A stretch of DNA of 26,195 bases from Myxococcota bacterium (GTDB lineage Bacteria > Myxococcota_A > Polyangia > Polyangiales > Sandaracinaceae), in NCBI GenBank assembly GCA_036149055.1, contig JAYZQJ010000104.1, forward strand, positions 1-26,195, given 5' to 3'. Positions within the stretch are counted from its first letter, which is position 1; every line of letters begins with the position of its first letter. The position numbers and the translations under genes are program-made. Positions 18,418-26,195 of the stretch are shown here, in pieces. The notes under the pieces are model-generated. The model saw only the letters and a list, made by a program, of their open reading frames with translations, did no database searches and was not told the origin of the DNA.

Positions 18418-19385
18418 AGATCCGATTGAGCGAGGCGAGAGCCTCTCGATGGTCGCTCCTGGCCTGCCTCACGCTGCTGGCGCCGATGGGCGCGGCGGCG
18501 CAGGACGTCGAGGTCGAGGCGGAGGCAGAGATCTCTCCCGAGGAGGAGGCGCGCTTCGCCGAGGCGCGCGATCGCTTCCGGCAGGGCGTGGGCCTCGCCC
18601 GGGCCGGCAACTGCCGCGGCGCGCTCGCCGAGCTCTCCGCCTCGTTCGAGCTGCTGCCGCGCCCGAACACCCTCTACAACATCGCCCAGTGTCAGGAGCA
18701 GCTGCATCGCTACGACCTCGCGGTCGAGGCCTACGGCCGCTACCTCGAGATGGCGCCCGAGGACGACGCCGATCGCCCGGCCGTCGAGGCGACCATGCGC
18801 ACCCTCCGCAACCTCCTCGGCACCGTGCACGTCGAGAGCAACGTGCCCGCCGAGGTCTGGCTCGACGACCGCGTCGTCGGCGAGGCCCCGGGTGACGTGC
18901 TCGTGCCCGGCGGCAGCCACGTCCTCGAGCTGCGCGCCGAGGGTCACCTCCCCGAGCGCCGCGAGGTCGAGGTCGCCGCGCAGCGCACCGTGAACGTCGA
19001 CGTCACCCTCACCACCGCCGAGGAGAACGTCACCATCAACACCACCATCGAGCGGCCGCCCATCCCCGCGCCCGTCTTCTGGGGCGGCGTCGCCCTCACC
19101 TTCGTCACCGCCGGCGTCGGCGCCTTCTTCGGCGTCCAGGCGCTCCAGATCCGCGAGACCGAGCTCGCCCGCGACCCGCGCCTCCCCGCCAACACCGACG
19201 CCATCGAGGAGTCCGCCGTCATCGCCGACGTCTTCTTCATCAGCGCCGCCATCGTCGGCGCCGCCACCGTCGTGCTCGCCTTCCTCACCGACTTCGGCGG
19301 TGAGCCCGAGCCCGACGCGGCCGAGGAGACCCGGGTGCGCCCGCTCCTCGGGCCCGCCTACGCCGGCGTCGAGGTCCAGTGGTGA
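18414..19385 (+). CDS. Exported TPR + PEGA domain protein with two C-terminal hydrophobic helices and a terminal beta-strand (323 aa)
   Basis: ATGA overlap at the start; signal peptide ending AAA-Q; TPR (EARDRFRQG...TLYNIAQC...AVEAYGRYL); PEGA (VESNVPAEVWLDD...VPGGSHVLELRAEGH); hydrophobic hairpin; ends YAGVEVQW. Confidence 0.92.
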   Translation: MKIRLSEARASRWSLLACLTLLAPMGAAAQDVEVEAEAEISPEEEARFAEARDRFRQGVGLARAGNCRGALAELSASFELLPRPNTLYNIAQCQEQLHRYDLAVEAYGRYLEMAPEDDADRPAVEATMRTLRNLLGTVHVESNVPAEVWLDDRVVGEAPGDVLVPGGSHVLELRAEGHLPERREVEVAAQRTVNVDVTLTTAEENVTINTTIERPPIPAPVFWGGVALTFVTAGVGAFFGVQALQIRETELARDPRLPANTDAIEESAVIADVFFISAAIVGAATVVLAFLTDFGGEPEPDAAEETRVRPLLGPAYAGVEVQW

Positions 19386-20866
19386 AGCGCGCGCTCCTCC
19401 TGGCGCTCCTCACCACCGGCTGCAGCGCCCTCGGGCTCACCGACGGCCTCGACCAGGAGGGCTGCACCTCCTGCGCCGATCTCAACGCCATCGATCCGCC
19501 GCCCGCCTGCATGAGCTGGCAGTGCATCGACGGCTTCTGCGCCCTCGACGTCGAGGACCTCGACGAGGACGGCGTCCCCTCCGCGATGTGCGTGCCGGAC
19601 GACGTGCCCAGCGACTGCGACGAGGCCGACCCCGAGATCGGCGAGTCGTTCGACGAGGCGTGCGACGGCAAGGACAACGACTGCGACGAGCGCGTGGACG
19701 AGAGCCTCTTCCGGCGGGAGGTCTACGCCGAGCTGCCGGACGTCGAAGCGCTGTCGTTGGCGCCCCACGATAGCGGGCTCTCGGCGATCTTCGCCCGGCG
19801 CTCGGCCGAGGACGGCCTGCGGGTGCTCCGCCGCTTCCGGACCGACGACCCGGTCGAGCACATCGAGACGATCGCGGAGGACTACGCGGCCCCGATCGTC
19901 GCGCGCGACACGGCGCTGGCCGCCGAGGACGACGACAGCGGCGTCCTCGAGGTGGCCTTCGTGCCGCGCGGCGGCTCGTGCCCGCGCGCGCTGGCCGGCC
20001 GCTGGCGGGCGGGCGATCCCCTCGCGCTCATCGACCAGCACCGCGTGGACACCGACGTCGGCCTGCCCAAGCTCGGCGGCAGCTGCCCGGGCGACACCAG
20101 CCCGGTCGGAGACCTCGCGGTCGCGTCCGTGCGGGACGCGGCGCTGCTCCTCTGGCGCGAGGTCGACGCCGGGCCGCCGACCTGCCCGTCCACCCGCTCG
20201 CCGGTGGGCGCGCTCCTGCTCCGCGACGGCGTCCAGGGGGCCCCGACCGGGCTCGGCGAGTCGGTCGGCCCGCCGGTCGTGATCGGCCTCGACGAGAGCC
20301 GGGGCCTCGCGGCGCTGCCCACGGACGGCGCGATCGAGCTCCACCTGGTGACGATCGACATCCGATTGGGGATCGTCGACGTCGCGCTCGTCGCCAGCGA
20401 GCCGTGCGAGGGCGAGGCCTGCGTGGACCTCTCGCTCGCGCGCTGGGTGAGCCGGGACGGATCGCGGGTCGGCCTCGCCTACCGGACCGGGGGCTGCGGC
20501 GACGCCGCGGTCCGGCTGCGCCGCTGGGACCCGGAGACCTGGGAGGCGCTCGACGCGTCGCCGCTCGAGGTGACCGAGGCCGGCGCGATCGGCCGGGTGG
20601 CGCTCGCGGCCCGCGCCGAGGGCGGCGGCTGGGGCGTGGCCTGGGCGACGGAGGCGACGGTGTCGGCGCGGCTCTTCGACGACGACGGTCAGCCGGTCAC
20701 CGGCGCGCTGCCGATCGACGTGTCGGCGCCGATCACCGCGGCGCTCGCCGCGAGCTGGCCCACCTCGGGGGTGACCCGGGGCTTCACCGTCGCGTACCAC
20801 GACCCGGGCCCGGCCAGCGAGCTCGTCCAGGCCCACCTCTCGGAGCGGCTCTGCGGCGCGTTCTGA
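19382..20866 (+). CDS. Cys-rich lipoprotein, paralog B (494 aa)
   Basis: The GTG overlaps the upstream stop (GTGA). Lipobox-like LTTG-C, N-terminus nearly identical to paralog A, and a shared internal GLPKLGGSCP.DTSPVG block. Confidence 0.9.
   Translation: MKRALLLALLTTGCSALGLTDGLDQEGCTSCADLNAIDPPPACMSWQCIDGFCALDVEDLDEDGVPSAMCVPDDVPSDCDEADPEIGESFDEACDGKDNDCDERVDESLFRREVYAELPDVEALSLAPHDSGLSAIFARRSAEDGLRVLRRFRTDDPVEHIETIAEDYAAPIVARDTALAAEDDDSGVLEVAFVPRGGSCPRALAGRWRAGDPLALIDQHRVDTDVGLPKLGGSCPGDTSPVGDLAVASVRDAALLLWREVDAGPPTCPSTRSPVGALLLRDGVQGAPTGLGESVGPPVVIGLDESRGLAALPTDGAIELHLVTIDIRLGIVDVALVASEPCEGEACVDLSLARWVSRDGSRVGLAYRTGGCGDAAVRLRRWDPETWEALDASPLEVTEAGAIGRVALAARAEGGGWGVAWATEATVSARLFDDDGQPVTGALPIDVSAPITAALAASWPTSGVTRGFTVAYHDPGPASELVQAHLSERLCGAF
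19421..19629 (+). repeat. 209-bp direct repeat, copy 2
   Basis: Matches 16999-17207 with 5 mismatches. Confidence 0.95.
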
Positions 20867-20906
20867 CCCGTGGCCGGGCGCGCGGCGCTCTGCTATGAGC
20901 GGCGGC

Positions 20907-22619
20907 ATGCGCTACTCCCGAGCCTTCATCCCCACCGTCAAAGAGGCGCCCAAGGACGCGACCATGCCGTCGCACGTCCTGCTGCTGCGCGGTGGCTACA
21001 TCCGCATGGTCGGCGCCGGGATCTACGAGCTGCTCCCGCTCGGCCTGCGCGTGATGAACAAGATCGCGACCATCGTGCGCCACGAGATGGATCGCGCCGG
21101 GGCCCAGGAGCTGCTGATGCCGACGCTCCTGCCCAAGGAGTACTTCGAGGAGAGCGGCCGCTGGGACGGCTTCGGCTCGACCCTGCTGCGCCTGAAGGAT
21201 CGCAAGGGTGGTGACTACCACCTCGGGCCGACGCACGAGGAGATCATCACCGACCTCGTGCGCCGCGAGATCCGCTCCTACAAGCAGATGCCCCTGAACC
21301 TCTACCAGGTGCAGATGAAGTTCCGCGACGAGCCCCGCCCCCGCGCCGGGCTCCTGCGCTGCCGCGAGTTCCTCATGAAGGACGCCTACTCGTTCGACGC
21401 GGACGAGGCCGGCGCGCAGAAGAGCTACGAGATCATGCGGGACGCCTACCACCGCATCTTCACGCGGCTGGGCCTCGAGTACCGCGTGGTGAGCGCGGAC
21501 TCCGGCGCGATGGGCGGCAGCACGAGCGCCGAGTTCCAGGTGCTCGCCCAGAACGGCGAGGACGCGATCGTCGCCTGCACCAGCTGCGACTACGCGGCCA
21601 ACGTGGAGGTCGCCGAGACGGTGGTCGCCGACGCGGCGAAGGACCACGGCGACGTGCCGGCGATGGAGAAGGTCCACACGCCGAAGGCCAAGACCATCGA
21701 CGAGGTGGTCAGCTTCCTCGGCGGCGGCCTCCGCCCCGACGGCACCATCAAGAGCCTCCTCTACACCGCCGGCGACGAGACGGTGATGGCGTGCGTGCGC
21801 GGCGACCACGACGTCAACGAGGTCAAGCTCGCGCGGAAGCTCGGCGTCGACGAGGTCTTCCTCGCCAGCGACGCCGACGTCGTGAAGGCGACCAAGGCCA
21901 AGCCCGGCTTCGCCGGCCCGGTCGGCTTCGAGGGCCGCGTGATCGTCGACCCCGACGTCACCCACCTGCGCGGCGCGGTGGCGGGCGCGAACGAGACCGA
22001 CCAGCACCTGAAGAACATCGTCTTCGGCCGCGACTTCGAGGCCGAGGTCGCGCCCATCCGCCAGGTCACCGAGGGCGACGAGTGCCCCAAGTGCGCCTCC
22101 GCGCTGAAGCTCTACCGGGGCATCGAGGGCGGCCACATCTTCATCCTCGGCACCCACTACAGCGAGAAGATGAGCGCGACCTTCCTCGACGAGCAGGGCG
22201 CGTCGCTCCCGGTCGTGATGGGCTGCTACGGCATCGGCGTCTCGCGCCTGGTGGCCACCGCGGTCGAGCAGAACCACGACGACGACGGCATCCGCTGGCC
22301 GATGGCGATCGCGCCCTACCAGGTGATGCTCACGCCGATCGGCAAGGGCGGCGAGCCCTTCGAGGTCGCCGAGCAGCTGCACGACGCGCTCGAGGCCCTG
22401 GGCGTCGAGGTGCTGCTCGACGATCGCAACGAGCGCCCGGGCGTGAAGTTCAAGGACGCCGACCTGCTCGGCATCCCGCTCCGGGTCACCCTCGGCGCGC
22501 GCGGCCTGAAGGAGGGCCAGCTCGAGCTCAAGGCGCGCGACGCGCAAGACAACGAAATGATCCCGCTCGAGGGCGCGGCCGAGGCGATCGCGGCCCGGGT
22601 GAAGGAGGCCCTGGCGTGA
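20907..22619 (+). CDS. proS: Proline--tRNA ligase (bacterial type, with insertion/editing domain)
   Basis: MRYSRAFIPTVKE start, LGPTHEE, KFRDEPRPRAGLLRCREFLMKDAYSF (motif 2), GHIFILG, MGCYGIGVSR (motif 3) and PGVKFKDADLLGIP. An alternative ATG lies at 20895. Confidence 0.98.
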   Translation: MRYSRAFIPTVKEAPKDATMPSHVLLLRGGYIRMVGAGIYELLPLGLRVMNKIATIVRHEMDRAGAQELLMPTLLPKEYFEESGRWDGFGSTLLRLKDRKGGDYHLGPTHEEIITDLVRREIRSYKQMPLNLYQVQMKFRDEPRPRAGLLRCREFLMKDAYSFDADEAGAQKSYEIMRDAYHRIFTRLGLEYRVVSADSGAMGGSTSAEFQVLAQNGEDAIVACTSCDYAANVEVAETVVADAAKDHGDVPAMEKVHTPKAKTIDEVVSFLGGGLRPDGTIKSLLYTAGDETVMACVRGDHDVNEVKLARKLGVDEVFLASDADVVKATKAKPGFAGPVGFEGRVIVDPDVTHLRGAVAGANETDQHLKNIVFGRDFEAEVAPIRQVTEGDECPKCASALKLYRGIEGGHIFILGTHYSEKMSATFLDEQGASLPVVMGCYGIGVSRLVATAVEQNHDDDGIRWPMAIAPYQVMLTPIGKGGEPFEVAEQLHDALEALGVEVLLDDRNERPGVKFKDADLLGIPLRVTLGARGLKEGQLELKARDAQDNEMIPLEGAAEAIAARVKEALA

Positions 22620-22795
22620 GCGAGCCCTCGAGCGAGACCCGTCGCTCGCCGTGGCTCGTGCAGGGCATCCTGCTCGCCCTGTTCCTGCTCGTCGCCGCCG
22701 TCGGCGTCTTCACCGTCGTGCTCCCGGAGATCGAAGACGACGGCGACGAAGAGACCGAAGAGATCGAATCCGAGGCGCCCGAGTCCCGTCCATGA
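22616..22795 (+). CDS. Small single-pass membrane protein with an acidic tail (59 aa)
   Basis: The GTG overlaps the proS stop (GTGA) with a GGAGG RBS upstream. TM segment WLVQGILLALFLLVAAVGVFTVVL followed by EIEDDGDEETEEIESE. Confidence 0.75.
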   Translation: MSEPSSETRRSPWLVQGILLALFLLVAAVGVFTVVLPEIEDDGDEETEEIESEAPESRP

Positions 22796-22894
22796 GGGCA
22801 TGAACGTCCTCGTACGGCGACAGCCGCGGCCCGTATCGCATCGAAAACGCTCGTTTTTTGCACAGGTGGGGATCATCACTCATCCTGATCGAGG

Positions 22895-25471
22895 ATGATC
22901 CGCTCGAGGGGCAGCAACGGGCTCGTGTGGGCCGCGACGATCGCGTCGCTGCTGCTCGCGGCTCCGGCCTCCGCGTGGGACGAGGCGCCGCTGTGCGCGT
23001 ACCCGGCCGCGACGGACATCGTCGGGCCGGAGTGGGCGCCCCCGCCCGAGAGCGCGCCGATGTGCGCGCCGACCGCGCCGCCGGTCGCGGCCGAGGAGAT
23101 CATCGAGGCCCCGGACGCGCGCGAGGCGCTCGCCCTCGCCCGCCAGCTGGCCGCCGACGGCCGCACCGCCGAGGCGATCCTCAGGCTGCGGATCACCGCC
23201 GAGGCCTACCCGGCGATCGCCGACCGGCTCGCGCTCGAGGAGGCGGGCTGGCGCATGGCGCGGGGCGCCGACGAGGCCGCCTGCGCCGCCTACGCCCGCG
23301 CCGAGGAGAGCCCGCACCGCACCGTGCAGCTCCGGGCGGAGATCGGGCGGACCCGCTGCCTGCTGTCCATCCACGACCGCGACGGGAGAGAGCGCTTCGA
23401 GGAGCTGCTCCGGTTCTGGCCCGACCTGCCGCAGCGCGAGGAGCTCAGCTATCTGCTCGCCGAGGCGCACCTCGCCTGGGGCGACACCGACGAGGCCATC
23501 GCGCTGCACCGTCGCCTCGACCTGCTGACGCCCGGCAGCCCGTGGGCCGCGCGCAGCCGCGAGGCGCTCGATCGCGTCGCCGCCGGAGGCGTCGAGGTCC
23601 GACCGCTCACCGACACCCAGCGGGTCGAGCGCGCCGAGCGGCTCGTCCGCAGCGGGCCGATGGACCTCGCGCGCGAGGAGATCGCCGCCCTCCGCGCCGA
23701 GACCCTGCCCCGACATCTCGCCCAGTCCGTGGCCCGCTCGGCCGCGCGGGTGGCCCGGGTGGAGGGCCGCTGGGAGGACGCGCACGCGCTCCTGCGCGAG
23801 GCGCTCGGCCTGCCCGACCTCGAGCCGGACGAGGAGGCGGCGCTCGAAGAGCGCGTGGCCGATCTCGAGCGGGCCGCCGAGTCCCGGGTCGCCGAGGACG
23901 TGCGGCGCCGCATCCGGGGCATCACCCGCGGGCGCGCCCTCGACCGACAGGGCACCGCGCGGCTCTTCGCCGTGCTCCGCATCGCCAGCCGCGCGCAGCT
24001 GCGCGACGAGGTGACCGACCTGCTCCGCGTCATCGTCGAGCGGCGCACCATCCCGCCCGGCCTGCGCTTCGACGCGGCCATCCTCGGCGCGGGCACCGGC
24101 GACGACGCGCTCGTGGCGCAGCTCTTCGAGAGCGCGGAGCGCCACCCCATCTACGGCATGGCCGCCCGCTACCACCGCGCCCGCGCGCTCGAGCGCCTCG
24201 GCCAGGTGGACGAGGCGCGGGCCCTCTACGCGGCCATCGTGCGCGAGGACTCGGAGCGCCTGCCCTACTACGCGATGTGGTCGCGTCAGCGCCTCCGCGC
24301 GACCGGGCACGTCGACACCGAGACGCCGCGCGAGCTGGCGAGCCTCCCCTCCGTCGGGGTGAGCTGCACGTCGGGCCCCTACACGCCGGCGTTCGGCAAG
24401 ACCGGCCCGATGAACGGCTCGCGGGACGTGAGCTGCACGCTCCCGATGCCCGCCAACCCCTACACCGAGCGCCCGGAGCCGCCCGAAGAAGAGGCGCGCC
24501 CCGAGCCGCCGGATCCCCTCGCGGAGGCCGACGCCGCGGCCACCGAGCTCGAGCTGCGCGACGCGGCGGAGCCGGTCGACTTCGCGCTCTCGGACGAGGC
24601 GATCCTCGAGCGGCTCACGCCGATCGCCGAGGCGCACGGGGAGACCTTCCCATGGCTGGCCCGCGCGGTGGACCTGGTGCGCCTTGGCGAGACCGACGCG
24701 GCGGCGGACGAGCTGCACGAGACCTACATCGCGTGGCGCGAGGCCACCGGCGGCGGGAGCCTCCGGGCGGCCCTCGCCGGCGTCATGCGCGGCGGCGCGC
24801 CGCCCCGGCACCGGGTCGCGATGGACACCTGGCGCGCGCGGCGACGCTTCCCGGCGGCGCCTCGTCAGACCCTGGCCCGGGTCAGCGCGGCCCTCGGCGA
24901 CCACGGCCTCGCCATCCGCTTCGGCGGCTTCGACGTGAGCGGCCCCCGGCCCCGGGCCTACGAGGACATCGTCGAGGCGGCGGCCCGTCGTCACGGCGTC
25001 GAGCCCGAGCTCCTGTTCGCGGTCATGCGGGTCGAGAGCGTCTACAACCCGCGCATCATCAGCTACGCCGGCGCGGTCGGCCTCATGCAGATCATGCCGC
25101 GCACCGGCACCCTGATCGCCCGGGCCCGCCGACAGGACGACTTCACCGTCGACCGCCTCCTCGAGCCCGAGGTCAACATCGACATGGCGGCCTGGTACCT
25201 CGCGTCGCTGATCGAGCGCTTCGACGGGCGCCTCCCCCTCGCCATCGCGAGCTACAACGGCGGCCCCCACAACGTGCGCCGCTGGATGCAGGACCACTCC
25301 CCCGACATGCCGCTCGACGCCTTCCTCGAGCGCATCCCGTTCGCCCAGACCCACCGCTACGTGCGGCGGGTGATGACGCACTACGAGGCCTACAAGGCCC
25401 AGCGCGGCGAGCGCCTCGCCACCGTCGACCTGCACCTCCCCGAGCTCGACGTCGACCACGTCGCGTTCTGA
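22895..25471 (+). CDS. Slt70-like soluble lytic transglycosylase with an N-terminal TPR-like helical region (858 aa)
   Basis: Signal peptide (ASA-W), helical repeats and a C-terminal SLT domain with RVES (catalytic Glu), GAVGLMQIMP, SYNGGP and IPFAQTHRYV. Confidence 0.94.
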   Translation: MIRSRGSNGLVWAATIASLLLAAPASAWDEAPLCAYPAATDIVGPEWAPPPESAPMCAPTAPPVAAEEIIEAPDAREALALARQLAADGRTAEAILRLRITAEAYPAIADRLALEEAGWRMARGADEAACAAYARAEESPHRTVQLRAEIGRTRCLLSIHDRDGRERFEELLRFWPDLPQREELSYLLAEAHLAWGDTDEAIALHRRLDLLTPGSPWAARSREALDRVAAGGVEVRPLTDTQRVERAERLVRSGPMDLAREEIAALRAETLPRHLAQSVARSAARVARVEGRWEDAHALLREALGLPDLEPDEEAALEERVADLERAAESRVAEDVRRRIRGITRGRALDRQGTARLFAVLRIASRAQLRDEVTDLLRVIVERRTIPPGLRFDAAILGAGTGDDALVAQLFESAERHPIYGMAARYHRARALERLGQVDEARALYAAIVREDSERLPYYAMWSRQRLRATGHVDTETPRELASLPSVGVSCTSGPYTPAFGKTGPMNGSRDVSCTLPMPANPYTERPEPPEEEARPEPPDPLAEADAAATELELRDAAEPVDFALSDEAILERLTPIAEAHGETFPWLARAVDLVRLGETDAAADELHETYIAWREATGGGSLRAALAGVMRGGAPPRHRVAMDTWRARRRFPAAPRQTLARVSAALGDHGLAIRFGGFDVSGPRPRAYEDIVEAAARRHGVEPELLFAVMRVESVYNPRIISYAGAVGLMQIMPRTGTLIARARRQDDFTVDRLLEPEVNIDMAAWYLASLIERFDGRLPLAIASYNGGPHNVRRWMQDHSPDMPLDAFLERIPFAQTHRYVRRVMTHYEAYKAQRGERLATVDLHLPELDVDHVAF

Positions 25472-25486
25472 GTTTCTTGGAGGGTT
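25467..25486 (+). repeat. 20-bp sequence TCTGAGTTTCTTGGAGGGTT overlapping the transglycosylase stop; inverted copy at 182-201
   Basis: Exact reverse-complement match to 182-201. Confidence 0.9.
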
Positions 25487-25512
25487 CGAGAGATATCCGT
25501 CGGCTTCTCGAT

Positions 25513-25540
25513 CTCACGCAGAGGCGCAGAGGCGCAGAGA
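25513..25540. repeat. (CGCAGAGG)x3 octamer array
   Basis: cgcagagg cgcagagg cgcagaga at 25517-25540, loosely complementary to 25678-25704 and 25778-25803. Confidence 0.75.
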
Positions 25541-25624
25541 TGGGTCGGGGGGCAGGACCACCGACGCTTCGCGTTCGACCTCGGCCACGAACTCGCCTCC
25601 ACCTCGGCCACGCCCCGCCCGCGT

Positions 25625-25822
25625 CGCCCACAGCACGCCCCACGCCGGCCACCCACCATCCCGCTGCCACCCCACCCCTTGGCGGCTTCGCGCCTTTGCG
25701 AGAGCAAAATCGCGGCGACCGAGCCGCCCACAGCACCGCACCCGCCGGCCACCCGCCATCCCGCTGCCACCCCACCCCTTGGCGGCTTTGCGTCTTTGCG
25801 CGAACTTAATTGCGGCGAGCGA
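25625..25822. repeat. Intergenic tandem duplication with a 100-bp period (2 copies)
   Basis: 25625-25722 versus 25725-25822: 13 mismatches in 98 nt by manual comparison, with an identical core ccatcccgctgccaccccaccccttggcggctt. Confidence 0.92.
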
Positions 25823-25834
25823 CGAAGCGGGCGG

Positions 25835-26194
25835 CTACAGGGTGAAGGGGAACTCGACGCTCATGCGGTCGTTGGCGAAGGGCGGGACGCGGACGCCGCG
25901 GGCGACGCGGGCGATGCAGCTCGCGGTCTGGCCGGAGACGCCGCTGACGACGGCGTGGGTCGGGCGGCCGCTGCTCACGAAGGTGAAGCGGACCCGCGCG
26001 ACGTAGCCTCGGGCGTCGGCGCCGCACTGCTCGATCTCGGGGCGGACGCGGTCCATCGCGGTCTGGATCTCGGCGCGGGTCGGCAGCGCGTGGAGCTCCC
26101 CAGAGGCGGGGGCGGGCGCGCTCCGCGGCGGCGCGGGGTCGGGCTGGCGGGCCGCGGGGGGCGCGGGCTCGGCCGCCGGGGCGGGCGCCGGAGC
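25835..26194 (-). CDS. C-terminal part of a protein with a Pro/Ala-rich linker and an AgmX/PglI-like (TonB C-terminal-like) domain; 5' end outside the window
   Basis: The frame is open to the window edge: APAPAPAAEP...LPTRAEIQTAMDRVRPEIEQC...ASCIARVARGVRVPPF...SVEFPFTL. The Cys pair and terminal FPF are typical of this myxobacterial domain. Confidence 0.8.
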   Translation of the reverse strand, partial: APAPAPAAEPAPPAARQPDPAPPRSAPAPASGELHALPTRAEIQTAMDRVRPEIEQCGADARGYVARVRFTFVSSGRPTHAVVSGVSGQTASCIARVARGVRVPPFANDRMSVEFPFTL

Positions 26195-26195
26195 C

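Noticed and set aside
16999..19629. Possible DGR template/variable repeat pair
   Set aside because: None of the five mismatches involves adenine, both copies are at the N-termini of coding genes, and there is no reverse transcriptase in the window.
22846..22863. Sigma54 promoter suggested by TTTTGCA upstream of the transglycosylase
   Set aside because: The required GG at -24 is absent (CG at that position).
25625..25822. Possible CRISPR array
   Set aside because: Only two copies, the whole 100-bp unit is duplicated rather than repeat plus unique spacer, and no cas genes are present.

Overview
Very GC-rich window whose gene content (three Hanks-type Ser/Thr kinases, TPR/PEGA proteins, Cys/Asp-rich lipoproteins, an AgmX/PglI-like C-terminus) points to a myxobacterium; this is an inference. 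From left to right it holds: the probable end of an IS66-family element; a translationally coupled minus-strand operon (helical-repeat protein, HD-GYP-like protein lacking its catalytic motifs, Ser/Thr kinase); nhaA; a first kinase / TPR-PEGA / Cys-rich lipoprotein module; a stand-alone response regulator; a small protein and mscS; a 1299-aa Cys-rich RCC1 lipoprotein divergent from a second kinase / lipoprotein / TPR-PEGA / lipoprotein module; proS and a small membrane protein; an Slt-type lytic transglycosylase; a repeat-rich intergenic region; and a truncated gene at the right edge. Four observations stand out. (1) The kinase + TPR-PEGA + Cys-rich lipoprotein architecture occurs twice, and both kinases end in a similar 'RD..F' tail. 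(2) A TPR-PEGA + lipoprotein pair was tandemly duplicated; one TPR-PEGA copy collapsed to an ~85-bp relic, and the two lipoproteins share a near-identical N-terminus but have divergent bodies. (3) An identical 20-bp sequence overlaps the TGA stops of two unrelated genes 25 kb apart, in inverted orientation. (4) The left-hand operon may combine degenerate cyclic-nucleotide enzyme folds with a kinase. All family assignments come from motif recognition by eye; no database search was run.
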